A stretch of 64,000 nucleotides of DNA from the NCBI GenBank assembly GCA_964016885.1, contig OZ024743.1:331452001-331516000 (forward strand), in the 5' to 3' direction. A program made the position numbers and the translations under genes. Below are positions 48,378-61,553 of the stretch, one piece after another (position 1 is the first letter of the stretch; every line of letters begins with the position of its first letter). Below the pieces are notes generated by a model. The model was given only the letters and a program-made list of their open reading frames with translations. It made no database searches and had not been told where the DNA came from. Source of the stretch: Eledone cirrhosa. Its lineage: Eukaryota.

Positions 48378-48772
48378 AAATGAGGTAGGTGTCACGACAA
48401 AAAAAAACACACAGTCCACGCTGTAATGTGGCCGTGTAGGTAACACGGTAAAAACCTCCCAGTACACACTGTAAACGTGGTTGGTGTTGGGAAGGGCATC
48501 CAGCCGTAGAAAACCCGCCAGACGTGTAGGTGTCACGACAAAAAAACACAGTCCACGCTGTAATGTGGCCGTGTAGGTAGCACGGTAAAAACCTCCCAGT
48601 CCACACTGTAAACGTGGTTGGTGTTAGGAAGGGCATCCAGCCGTAGAAAACCCGCCAGACAGTCCTATACGAGCAGGACAACCAATCTTGCCTCAGGTGG
48701 GAAAACTCCCGTCCAGACCCATGCAAGCGTGGAAGATGGACGTTAAACAATGATGATGATGATAATGATGAT
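48378..48772 (+). mobile_element. RTE subfamily B 3'UTR with ~122-bp duplication
   Basis: Reverse complement of 27300-27700. Confidence 0.88.
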
Positions 48773-49125
48773 GTTTATATTTTTCTAAAAAAGCCTTTCA
48801 TCATAATTATATGTAAGAACCTTTGTTAAGTTATGTTCCAAACATTAGCTTAATAATGAGAAAATTGGTTAAATTACTAAATCCTTCCAAATTCTTGTTT
48901 ATTTACAAACTTTGTAGAAAATCCTGAACAGTAATTTTCATTAGAAATATGGTAACTGCTCTTCCTCTCCTTTTCCTCTCATTTATAGCATTTCGAGTGG
49001 TACATTCTTTTTCTGTGTTTAACCAAATAAAAATAAAATGTGGCAATAAAAGGGTTAATGTAATTTCATGATGATGATGACAGCTTATAAGCTATATGGC
49101 TAATAGACCATATGGTTAATAAATC

Positions 49126-49156
<31 letters not shown>

Positions 49157-49631
49157 GTTTACAAACCACATATGTGGCTTATAAACCTTATGTGTCTTTC
49201 AATAAAAGGTAAATTAGATACCTTATTTAAAGAATTAAAGTAGATTTAATTATCTCCTATGTCCATCATTAAAGAATAAGTGACAAATATAAAGTGTGTT
49301 AAGGCAAATGTAGAAACAGTTGAGTAGTAACAGTTTTTATATTAACTACTTATTACATTATATTGCTAAAATATTTATTATGCCTTCTAGTAAATTGCAG
49401 GAAGGAAATTTAATTAAGAAAGCTAGTGTTTTTATTATTTATTTGGTTTATATTTTGTGATACATTACCAAGTTTATTCACTCAATCAGGGGGGATGTAG
49501 AAGATTCTCAGTCAGTGGCAATAGAGAAGATTCTTCTCTTACCAACATCAATTTAAGTTCATAATACTTCAATTAACCAATAATTTGTTATATTTCTCAA
49601 AAACAATTAACATATCCCAGCTATACAACTA

Positions 49632-49915
49632 GTGGCGGTGTGTGGCCTAGTAGTAAGGGTGTTGAACTTTTGATCATACGGTTGTGGAATCAATTCCTGG
49701 ACTGTGTTGTGTTGTGTTCTTGAGCAAAACATTTCATTTCACATTGTTCCAGTATACTCAACTGAAAATGAGTACCAACAATACCTGAGGTTTTAACCCT
49801 GCAATGGACTGGCATCTTGTCCAGGGGGGAGTACTGTACTCTAAGTTGCTTAATGCCTCAAAACGAGGATAAACACTGGCCAGATGAGCCTTCTGGCTTG
49901 AGGCAGACTTTAGCG
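49632..49915 (+). mobile_element. tRNA-headed SINE with a distinct tail
   Basis: tggcctagtagtaagg head, cttgagcaaaaca core, ccctgcaatggactggcatcttgtccaggg segment. Confidence 0.7.
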
Positions 49916-50208
49916 CTATATAACTGACCGTTCACCAACAGGAAATTTACCCACACATATACACAATTCTAATTCCAATTAGTGCATGTGCATGCATGCA
50001 AGGGACAGTAGATATTAGATGATGAGGATAAAGACATTAAAATATTGGATATTTTTTCCAGGTCTCTCTCTTCTGATATCTAATCCTACTAACGTCCATT
50101 TTACATTTGCATTCCATCCTTTTTGGGTCTAGAAAGGGCTGTTACCAGCTCAGAGCAGGTAACAGCCCTTTTGCCTTCTTGATGTCACATCCTAGATGTT
50201 TCACTGGA

Positions 50209-50252
<44 letters not shown>

Positions 50253-51897
50253 GAGGGCTTGGAGGACCCTTCAGTTGTGTCAAAGACATGACAACCTCTC
50301 CTGTGAAATCAGTGGAACATGAAACTACATAAATGATCCTTGGCCTGTCTGGGAGATCAGTAGCCACCACTTCAGTATTGACTTGGTCTATGTAGTCCTG
50401 TCCAACCCTTGCTTACAGGTTAAGCGGATGTTAAAACAACGATGATGATGTTGTGGTGTGTGTGTGTGTGTGTTACTTTCCCTTCCATTTCATCACCAAC
50501 AACAACTGTACAGTGTGTGTCTTGATGTAAAAATAAAATAGAAATTGACAGTTTACTTCAACATATTTTGACTGGTCTTCAAATAAGAAACCTTATTAGA
50601 AAATTTAAATTTGATATTTTCATCTGAATGATTGATGGAGAGATATGGCCTTGGATGTCAAAACAATTTAGAATTGTTGAAAAGTACCAAAATGGTGGAC
50701 TAATTTGTAAAAATAGTGCAGATGGAGAGAGAGCTCAATATTACTTTACAGATAATACAATTATAATCATTCTCTTACATTCTTTCCCATGAGACTTAGC
50801 TACCACTGCCCCCTACTATCATACTACCCCCCCCCCCCATACTCTCAAATTCTCTCCCATGCCATTTAACTGTCATCCACTTCACTCATTGCCATACTTC
50901 CTGGTTGCTACCCCCCACTAATTCCCTTCCTACCCTGATACACACCTCTATTGCTCAATTTCCTACCAACAACTAACATGTTGCTACAACTGCCCCATAT
51001 CATCCTTTTACTCCCCCCTCATACATTCTCACTCATGAGACATAGCTGTCATCCCCTACACTTCTCTGTTACTATCCACCACTAACTCTTTTCTTAACAT
51101 CACCCCATCCACAAATCACCCCCTGATACCAACAACCAACATGTAGCTTTGTTCCTTTACCTCCTCCACTACCTCATTCACACTCTGTCTTCCTTTAACG
51201 TCTTGACTATCCACCCCCTTCAAATTACATTCTCAGGAACTTTTACTTCATGGAAGAACAGAGATAACATACAGCAGGGAAAGACTCTTCCTCCATGAGG
51301 GGAAGTGGAGAGGGAACAAGTCAACCTCAAGTGTTGGTGTCAGTCACATATTCTCCTCATCAGCTATAAGCAAGCCACACTGACTATAAACAGATAAAAC
51401 AATCTCTCACTCTCACACAGTTAGTCCTGCAGGCTCCATAACAAGTCTAATCACACACATTATGGGGTTCTTTTTGAAGTAATTGTTTGTGGCCAGATGC
51501 CCCTTCACTCATCAATTCTTTGAAGCACTATCATAAACATGCAACAAAAAGGTGTATCTATTCTAAACTGGATACACACAGTTTACTAGGAACAATCTGA
51601 AATATAGAAATAATCATTATAAGTTGGGGAACTTTGTCATTAAACCACCCAAGAAACCTCTTATGAGGCCAGCTAAACCAACACAGGTGTCAGCTGTAAC
51701 TACAGATTGATAGGACTGGGTACGCTATCATTAAACCACCCAAGAAACCATCTAGGAGATGCAACCTCATATGAGGCCAGCTACACCTACATAAGTGTCA
51801 GCTGTAACTACAGCTTCAAAAGGCTTGGGACTATGCTATTAAACCACCCAAGAAACCTCTTAGAAGATGAAACCTCATAAAAGACCAGCTAAACCTA

Positions 51898-52362
51898 CTC
51901 TCAGGTCCAAAATAATAGAGGGGGAGTGGAATAAGTATTAGCTGTTTAGTTTACATATTGAGTCCCCAACCCATCCAATTTATTTTATAACCTATGGGGT
52001 TTCTAGTAATGTACCTTATTTCCTGGTGCCGAAGACACTTTGTCCTACAGAATGCACCCTAATTTTGACAACAAAAGATTTGAAAAAAAAATAATAAACA
52101 ACCTTTGGCCTCCAGCACACATGGTAGACTTTTGAGACTTACTTTAGGAAAAAAGTATTGTCTTTGACGCTGGGAAATATGGTACTTTATTTGTCATGTG
52201 TAATGTTTTTTAATGTATAAAGAAATTTAATTGTTGCAGGAATGCTACCACTTAAAATAAATTTTTACTGGAGATAGATTAGCAAAATTTAATAACCGAG
52301 GGGTTGGAAAAAATCCCAAAACTAATAAGCAGGGAAGGTGACAATTATTCGAGACCCAAGAG
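51898..52362. mobile_element. Tc1/mariner-type MITE (TA TSD) containing a pogo/Tigger-like MITE at 52014-52182
   Basis: TA|ctctcaggtccaaaataat ... attattcgagacccaagag|TA; inner TA|ccttatttcc...gggaaatatgg|TA. Confidence 0.7.
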
Positions 52363-52459
52363 TACATAGGTGTCAGCTGTAACTGCTGCTTGATCGGGCT
52401 GGGACCGAAGAAACCTCACATGAAATGCAACCTTGTAAGAGGCTAGCTAAACTTACATA

Positions 52460-53283
52460 CACTCAGGTCCCAAATAATAGGAGAGGGGGCGGAATAAGCT
52501 GGGGGGAAGGGACTCTGGAAAATCAGTAGTTTTTCTAGGTTGTCTTCGTTGATTTAAAAAAAAAAACAGAATTAGTCATTTAGTTTACATATTGTATGCT
52601 CCGTTGGATGTGTAATAGTAATATACGTGAACGGCAAAGCATAAATGAACTAAGTGAGAAGTTAGGAATAAGAGGGATCAGATGCTGTTTACTCGAGAGA
52701 AGACTACGTTGGTATGGTCACGTGATGCGCATGAAAGACGACAGCTGTATAAAAAAGTGCAGGGTGATAAAAATAGACGGTAGCTGCGGAGTAGGCAGAC
52801 CCAGAAAAACCTGGGACGACTTGATAAATTCCGACCTCACACACTTACACCTCTCCAAGACAATGTCACTGGACCAAGATCTTTGGCGCTACGCAGTAAT
52901 ACAGAAGACCCGCCTTGCCTAAGCACAAAGCGAAACCTACAGTCGGTAGGCACCTCTTAACCAAAATACAACCCCCTACCCCCACCCCCATCTACACCAC
53001 CCCTTTCGATGTAAAGTTATGTTGGTACCACAACATCCAGTCCTAAATAAATGAGGTTGCGTAGGTGTCACGACAAAAAAACACAGTCCACGCTGTAATG
53101 TGGCCGTGTAGGTAACACAGTAAAAACCTCCCAGTTCACACTGTAAACGTGGTTGGTGTTAGGAAGGGCATCCAGCCGTAGAAAACCTGCCAGACAGTCC
53201 TATACGAGCAAGACAACCAATTTTGCCTCAAGTGGGACAATTCCCGTCTAAACGCATGCTAGCGTGGAAGATAGACGTTAAAC

Positions 53284-53316
<33 letters not shown>

Positions 53317-53765
53317 CGTTTGTTAACATGTAAAGAAAATTGTCACAGGAATGCTACCACTTAAAATAAAATTAAGCCGGGGATAGATTAGCAAAATTTA
53401 ATAAGGGGGGGGGGGAGCAGAAAAATTAATGGGGGTGTGGAGATTATTCAAGACCAGAGAGTACTGTTGGGTCCCAAATACTGGGGGGGGGGGGGCGCGG
53501 GGGCGCGCGAGAACTGGTATTTGTATAGTGTACGTTCGGAAATATAGGATTTCTTGTAATGCTCTTTTTTTGTTATATATAATGTTTATTTAATGCAAGA
53601 TAAAATTATATCATTCTCCAGCTGCTGTATCAATATGAATCACTTACAATAAAATTTCACTGGAGATAGATAAGCAGAATTTGATAAGCAAGGGAGGGGC
53701 TGGAATAAAAGTGGGGGCTGGAAAAAATATCTGTGGAGTGGGAGGCATTATTCAAAACCTGAGAG
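52460..53765. mobile_element. Two further tandem copies of the same MITE (52460-53461, 53464-53765)
   Basis: Same TIRs, TA-flanked; the first copy hosts an RTE fragment. Confidence 0.65.
52595..53315 (+). mobile_element. RTE subfamily B 3' fragment
   Basis: MLRWMCN...GRPRKTW ORF plus 3'UTR and (gat)n. Confidence 0.92.
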
Positions 53766-54878
53766 TAGGTGTAAGCTGTAAATTTCATATTTTCTCCCTT
53801 TTTCTTGTTCCATATCATAAGTAATTCAGTAATTGTGAACAGCCTGTTGTATTGGTAACATATCAGCTGTTCTCAGTTATATTTGTACTGTATGGTATAT
53901 AACAGTATTAACAAAGAGTACAATATAAAGATACTGGTGTCAGAAGCACTAGATCTTCTGAAGGGACTGTCTTTCAACAGATTCTCCAACATAAAACAGG
54001 AATTGACATGCTGGCAGGGCCACTTCAAATAAATATCACACTTGCTAACAGGGAAAAATGGACATTAGATTGTGATGGTGGAGGTGGAGGTGGTGATTGT
54101 GGGGGGGGGGGGGGGGGGTAGTGGGGATGATGATTTCGATGGTGGTAATGGTAGTGGTGATAATGGTTGTCACACTTGACTACTTCATGCCATACCCACC
54201 TCCCTCAGGCTGAGTGAGAGGCACCCAGAGGGGGTAGTTAGGGAGAGAGAAGTCATTTTTTTTCTGACAAAAAGGAGCAATCAGCAAAACACCCCTATCC
54301 TCCACCCCACAACTACAACAACAACCACTATACTATAACCACCACCACTGCCACCACAACACCACCACCAACAACCACCATCTCAACCTTCACCACCACC
54401 ACCACCATCATTCCACTAAAGATTCACCAGAGCAACCCTGACCAAGGGGGGAGGGGAAACATAGACAGAGAGGGAGAGAGAGAGAGGGAGAATGAGAGAG
54501 AGAGAAGAAAGCTCTTTAGATCATTCCCCCCCCCCCCCCCCATCCCATCTGAAGTCATCATGTCAGCCTTCTATGAATAACTAAAACAGAAAAGAAGAAG
54601 AAGAAAACTGAAGCTTTAAAGAACAGAACCATTCTTGTAGTTTGGAACTGTTTAGAATCTTGGAATTTCACTGATTTCTCCCTGGAGATAGTTCTTTAAT
54701 TATTTGCCAAAATTTCCATATAACAGCAATATTTCCCAAACACTTCTTCACACACAGAAGTATGGGGGAGGGGGCGAGTGCATTTTATCATATTTTCATT
54801 GTGATACAAACAACTTTCACACTTTCAATAGATTTACACCCATTATTATTATTATTTATTATAGTTAAGATTATTATT

Positions 54879-55722
54879 ATGGCGGTAGATTGGCAGTATT
54901 GGTAGGGCATTTGGCAACATGCTTTGCAGCATAGAGTTACAGCCCTTTACGTTCTGAGTTCAAATTCTGCTGAGATTAGCTTTGCCTTTCATCCTTACAG
55001 GGTTGATAAAATAAAGTACCAGTAATGCACTGGGTAATTGCTGGCCTTGTGCCAAAAGTAGAAACAATTATTATGGTGGTGGATTGGTAGTATCGGTAGG
55101 GCATCGGACAACATGCTTTGCAGCATAGAGTTATAGTCCTTTATGTTCTGAGTTCAAATCCTGGTAATATTAGCTTTGATTTTCATCCTTATAGGGTTGA
55201 TAAAATAAAGTACCAGTAATGTACTGGGGTCAATTTGACTATCTTCTTCCCCAAAATTGTTGGCCTTGTGCCTAAATCAGAAACCATTATTTAAGATGGC
55301 AGATTGACAGAACTATTAAAGCATTGAATAACATTCTTTTCCGTGTTCAATTATGACTTTCTGAGTCAAATCCCATGGAGGTCAACTCAGGATATCATGC
55401 TTCCGAAGTCAATAAAACAGAGTACCAGTTAACTACTGGTGTTGATATATTTTACTTGCCCCTTCTCCCAAATTGCTGGCCTTGAGCCAATGTTAGAAAG
55501 AATCATAATTATAATTTTTATCATATAACGGCGGTAATTGACAATATCAGTAGAGCATCAGACACCATGCTTTGCAGTATAGAGTTACGGCCCTTTATAT
55601 TCTAAGTTCAAACCCTGCCAAGGTTAACTTTACTTTTCATCCTTAAGAAGGTCGATAAAATAAAGTACCAGTAATGCACTGTGTAATTGCTGGCCTTGTG
55701 CCAAAAAGTAGAAACAATTATT
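54879..55722 (+). mobile_element. Four head-to-tail tRNA-headed SINEs (short-tail family)
   Basis: Units start near 54879, 55072, 55296 and 55528, each ending gctggccttgtgcc...agaaacaattatt. Confidence 0.85.
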
Positions 55723-55880
55723 ATCATCACTATTATTGCAAGCTAGATTACCAAACATGGGTCTGTATTACACAGGTGTGTGCAGTATTGTTGTTATTTC
55801 TTTTGGTACTATTGTTGTTGTTAACATCAATAATATCATTACCCTTTTATTATACCAATCTACCTGAAATCACCTCTGCT

Positions 55881-56118
55881 ATTAACCCATTAATTACCAA
55901 CCTGGGCAAAACCAGTTCTGGTTCTATGAAATAAAACAACCCATTTTAAAGGTTTCAATTTAAATTAAAATCTTCCAACAATTTTATATAATAACCTTAC
56001 ATTAAGTTACTATCTTAGTAATGAAATCATTTATAATTTTAGTAAATCCCTCAAAATTCTTCATTAATGAATTAAAATAGTGTGTATTCTATTAGACATG
56101 CAGTCATGAAAGGGTTAA
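55881..56118 (-). mobile_element. piggyBac-like MITE
   Basis: ttaaccc ... atgaaagggttaa; reverse complement of 15095-15332. Confidence 0.75.
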
Positions 56119-56269
56119 AGTACTTACATTAAAACTGCTCAGCATAAATTTATCTAACAACTTTATCAGCTTATGAATGAAAAATTTAGTTACATTTTTC
56201 TAAATGCCTTCAAATATTTTATTACTTTCATAATGAACAAAGACATTTGTGGTGTAGTTCATTAGAAAT

Positions 56270-56740
56270 GTAGTAATATAGTAACCAAAAGGTTAATATG
56301 TTTTAGTGGTCAGTCCTATTATTATATCCACTATCAAATATAGTAACCAAAGGGTTAACATATTTTAGAGGTCAGTCATTTTATTATGTCCACTGTCAAA
56401 TATCTTGATTACAGTTAATACCTGTTAATGGTCAGTCCTATTATTATGAAAGTAGAAACAATTATTATGTTCACTGTCAAATATAGTGATTACAGCTAAT
56501 ATCTATTAGTGGCCAGTCATTTTATTATGTCGACTGTCAAATATCTTGATTACAGTTAATATCTGTTAGTGGTCAGTCTTATAATTATTTCAACTGTCAA
56601 ATATAGTGATTACAGTTAATATCTGTTAGTGGTCAGTACTTTTATTATGTCTACTGTCAAATATAGTAACCAAAGGGTTAACATGTTTTAGTGGGCAGGC
56701 CTTTTATTATGTCCAGTGATATAGTAACCAAAGAGATATT
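56270..56740. repeat. ~59-bp minisatellite
   Basis: ttattatgtccactgtcaaatatagt...gttaatat...tagtggtcagtc units. Confidence 0.85.
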
Positions 56741-56744
56741 GGTG

Positions 56745-57062
56745 GTAACAACAGTGACAACAATAATAACAACAGCAGTAACACCAACAACAACAGTGAC
56801 AACAATAATAACATCAGCAGAAACACCAACAACAGTGACAATAATAATAACAATAGCAGTAACAACAATAACAGTACCAGCAGTAGCATCGACAACAACA
56901 ATAACAGTCGTAACATCAGTGACTACAACAACAGTGGGAGCAACAATAACAGCAATAGTAACATTGGTAAAAACAACAGCAATAATAACAGCAGTAACAG
57001 TAGTAACAACAACAACAACAGTAACAGTAGTAACAACAACATCAATAACAACAACGGCAGCA
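56745..57062. repeat. Degenerate (AAC/AGT)n microsatellite
   Basis: Directly visible. Confidence 0.9.
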
Positions 57063-57279
57063 AATGTTGGAATGATGTCAGTTTGATATTTGGTTGGCAC
57101 CATACTTCTTTAACGATAATACCATTTATTGGCTTCATACAGTTCTATGACTTTTTCAAATGAGATGGTTTTGTTATATATAAACTAGTGGACCAAAGTC
57201 GTCAATATTGATGGTAATAGCATTGAATTTATTGAATTTTTGGAGTCCAGGATTGGTAGGACATAAATACAAGAATAAA

Positions 57280-57590
57280 AGCAGTGAATTGGTAGAGTTG
57301 TTAGAACATCTAACAGAGTGATTTGCAGTATTAGTTCAAATCATGCCGAAGTCAACTTTGCCTTGCATCCTTTTGAGATCGCTAAAATAAAAAGTACCAG
57401 TTATTCTCCCTCTATATCTTTTTCTCACTTCCTTTCTCTCACTTTCTTTATCCTTCACTGGAAGAAGTCTACTGTATTCAGATCTGGAGAGCAAATGGGC
57501 TCTGCCAATTTTAGAAATGCCCTAGCAATGCTGTATGTCAATATGGCACCCTTACGACTCCATCAGGAGTTATGGAACCACACCATAACC
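57280..57590 (+). mobile_element. tRNA-headed SINE (long-tail family)
   Basis: Similar to 45378-45690. Confidence 0.78.
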
Positions 57591-58777
57591 ACATATCAGA
57601 ATTACTGGATAGATGAACAATTATACAAACTGGGAAAGTTGCATTTTGATGAATTAATAGTTTGAATAAGAGAAACCCTATAGTTAATGTTGATTACAGA
57701 CACATGGAAGTGATTAAAGATAAAAATGATATTCTAATGAATAACCATTGTTATCGCTGATCAAGATGAAGCGGGAGAGTATTTAAATTCATATAAAAAT
57801 GAGAAACTCATCATTAAAACAGCCATTAAAACAGCTCAATGCTGTCAATGACAGTGATGGGCAAAAATGCCTCAGAGAAAAGAGGCCAGTGGTCAACAGA
57901 GACAAACCATGAGGTGGGTGACAGGCAGATGAAATATAGAAAAGATTGAAAGAGAACAAGGAGAAGTGTGTTGGTGCATAGAAGTGACTGGAAGAAGGAA
58001 ATAAAGAAAGGTGATGCACAAGACAAGTTACCACACACATCTTCAACCTTAGCTCTCAAATCAGAAAAATGGTTTCACACAATTTGAGAGTAGCATTTTA
58101 AAATGCTGGATCATGCAACAGTAAAATAAATCTTTCTGATGGTATGATGTGTGTGTGATAAAACAAACAGCAGAGATAGAAGGACGAAAGAAAATAACAG
58201 GATAGTGGATCTCAAGCTGTGGTGTCTCCTAAATAGAAAGCTAATCACAGCTATGATAAAGTTAAATGAAATTATTTATAAGATATAATTACATAAATGT
58301 TCAAAATAGATGCACAAATGTCATACAGGATTAAATGTATGAGTAAATTCTAAAGAGTTACAGCCAGAGATAAATATATATAAATATACATGACATACTA
58401 TTATGGCTAATACACACAGACACGCATATATACATTCTGTGATGAACTATGTACTATGTTAGTGCCACTTCTAATTAAATAGAGAACTCAATACAACGAT
58501 ATAATATCTAATAATTTAATTAAATAGATGGATTAATCATTGACCTCACACATACACAATTACCTTCCTGTCATCACACACAAATACACACACACACATA
58601 TATATATATATACACACACACTTTTGTCTCAGTTGTACATCAACATCACAATCAACATTATTAAAAATCTCCACACATATACACAATTACCTCAGTCATC
58701 ACACACACACACATACATACACAATTACCTCAGTCATCTCTCTCTCTCTCTCACATACACACACAATTACCTCAGTC

Positions 58778-58811
<34 letters not shown>

Positions 58812-59364
58812 GACACAATTATCTCAGTCATCTTTCTCTCTCTCACATACACACATACATATTTACCTCAGTCATCTTTCTCACACACACACACACATAT
58901 TTACCTCAGTCATCTCACACAAATATACATATAATTACCTCAATGTCATCACACACCTTTATGTCACACAGTTGTACAACAACACCACAACAAAACTATA
59001 ACAATCTCCTCAAGTACAGGAAAAAGGTGAAGAATTTCTACAAAGAATTTATAAACATTCAATTTCTGTCAGAGAAAATGAAAAATTTCAGTACATTTTT
59101 TTTCTTTACCATGAAACTATAAAATACAAAAGGTTTCTTACAGCTTCCATCTAGCAAATTTACTCTGAAGACATTGGTTAGCACAAGACTATAGTCCAAG
59201 ATGCCAGCATCATCATCCTGCAACCTCGGCCAAAATAGATTCAATGATAGATCTGTCTGTCGCTCATGGCAGAAGCTAGGTTGTGAATGTGAACACCAGC
59301 ATCCTTGGCTACATCAGGATATGAGAGCTTGCTGAGACACCTTCATCCAGGTTTCCAAAATACC

Positions 59365-59545
59365 AAAGAGGATACAGCTTCACTTGAACCCCAATGAATG
59401 AGAGCTTGCTGCGACCCCTTTGTCTTGAGACAGGTGCAGGTTGCTAAAGAGCTAAAGAGGATACAACTTCATTTGAACCCCAATGAATGAGCACTTACTG
59501 CGACCCCTTTGTCTTAAGACAGGTGCTGGTTGCTAAAAGAGGACA
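59365..59545. repeat. ~88-bp tandem duplication
   Basis: aaagaggatacagcttcacttgaaccccaatgaatgag...gcgacccctttgtctt.agacaggtgc.ggttgctaaa twice. Confidence 0.85.
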
Positions 59546-59554
59546 CAATCCAGT

Positions 59555-59760
59555 CAACACTACACTATGGTAGTGAGACTTGGATACTCTCAGCCATCTT
59601 AACGGAGCCTATACACAACTTCTCAGATGCTCTCAAAACATAAGCTGGAGGGAATTGAAAAACTGCCAAACAAATGTTCAGAGGGGAGGTGGGGCTATTC
59701 AGATGTGTCAAAATCATGACAAACTCCCTAGCAACAACCAGATCATGTTTCATCTCGGAA
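59555..59760 (+). mobile_element. Old RTE-like LINE remnant
   Basis: LHYGSETWIL.. and LNGAYTQLLRCSQNISWR in adjacent frames. Confidence 0.55.
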
Positions 59761-60023
59761 GATGAGATTAATTAGTCCAAGAAATTACAATATTATTAAC
59801 AATATAACTAATTAGTCTCAGATATTTAGACATATAATTAATTAAATGTTTGTCTTCTTCTATCATATTGTTTCTATCACTAAAAAGGTAGATAGTGTCC
59901 CAACATAAACAAGAGCGAAGACAAGGGGAAGCTACTCAGAAATCCAGCAGAAGAAATTTTGTTAAATCTCAATATTTCCAAGAAAACATTAACTCAAAGA
60001 GGAGTTGTGACAACATATATGAT

Positions 60024-60810
60024 ACATCATTATCATCATCATCATCGTTTAACGTCCATCTTCCACGCTTGCATGGGTTTGGATGGGAATTTTCCCACTT
60101 GAGGCAAGATAGGTCGTCTCGTTCGTATAGGACTGTCTGGCAGGTTTTCTACAGCTGGATGCCCTTCCTAACACCAACCACGTTTACAGTGTGGACTGGG
60201 AGGTTTTTACCGTGTTACCTACACGGCCATATTACAGCGTGGACTGTTTTTTTTTGTCGTGACACCTACACAACCTCATTTATTTAGGACTGGTTGTTGT
60301 GGTACCAACATAACTTTACATCGAAAGGGGTGGTGTGGATGGGGTGGGGTAGTGGGACGGGGGTGTATTTTGGTTAAGAGGTGCCTACTGACTGTAGGTT
60401 TCGCTTTGTACTTAGGCAAGGCGGGTCTTCTGTATTACTACGTAGCGCCAAAGATCTCGGTCCAGTGACATTGTCTTGGAGAGGTGTAAGTGTGTGAGGT
60501 CGGAATTTATCAAGTCGTCCCAGGTTTTTCTGGGTCTGCCTACTCCGTGGCTACCGTCTATTTTTATCACCCTGCACATTTATATACAGCTGTCGTCTTT
60601 CATGCGCATCACGTGACCATACCAACGTAGTCTTCTCTCGAGTAAACAGCATCTGATCCCTCTTATTCCTAACTTCTCCCTTAGTTCATTTATGCTTTGC
60701 CGTTCACGAATATTACTATTACACATCCAACGGAGCATGCAAGCTTCGTTCCTCTCCAGTCAGCATATATCCTCTGCACACCATACCCAAGTCTCACTGC
60801 CATGTAACAT
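60024..60810 (-). mobile_element. RTE subfamily B 3' fragment
   Basis: Reverse complement nearly identical to 52595-53315. Confidence 0.92.
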
Positions 60811-61450
60811 ATTTATATATGGAAGATGGACGTTAAACGATGATGATGATGATGATGATGATATACACACACACTATATGTATATGCACACAGACAGGTG
60901 TGTAGATGTGAGAGAGAGAGAGAGCAAGGTAGACCAGAATTACTGTTGAGTATTTTTCTTGAACTAATTTTATTTCATCTGGCTTCTTTTCCGCATATCT
61001 ATGGAAACCACACACATGCACAACAGACATACACACACACACACACATAGACTCAGACACACATGCACACATATATATATACACGCATGCACATATGCTC
61101 ACACAGATACACACATAGGCACAGCCACACACACAGACATAGTGCACATACAAACACACACGCATACACTTTATATTCTAGCAACATTTCTACATCACCA
61201 AGACCACTTCTCTGAAATAGTGAAGTGGTACCATAGACACAAGATGAGATGGCAGCATTTCAATAATAATTAAACACAAAGAAATCCAACTTAATTCCCA
61301 AAGTCCTTCAAGCTACAAGAATTTCTGCCACTCACCTTTATAGAATATAGGCAAGGACTACACAGCTGGGTTTTGGCCGTAAAGGGGGAAGAGTTGATAG
61401 CGAGAAGTATGTGTACACACATATACACAGGATATATAATAGAGTATGAC

Positions 61451-61553
61451 TATATTAGAAAGAGTCAGGGCCTAACAGCTGAGCTCTTGCCATTTTAACA
61501 GTTAGTTGAAACAGCAAGAGCTCAGCTGTTGTGCCCAGACTCTTCATAATATA
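61451..61553. repeat. ~100-bp hairpin/inverted repeat
   Basis: agagtc.gggc..aacagctgagctcttgc / gcaagagctcagctgtt..gccc.gactct. Confidence 0.85.

Larger units (their letters stand above)
51625..53782 (+). repeat. ~105-bp tandem array interrupted by nested MITEs and an RTE
   Basis: Units cattaaaccacccaagaaacctc...gaggccagctaaacctacataggtgtcagctgtaactacag. Confidence 0.8.

Noticed and set aside
52375-52415. Twister-like loop (reverse complement cggtcccagcccg) in the 105-bp array
   Set aside because: The matching pseudoknot partner strands and P1/P2 could not be placed
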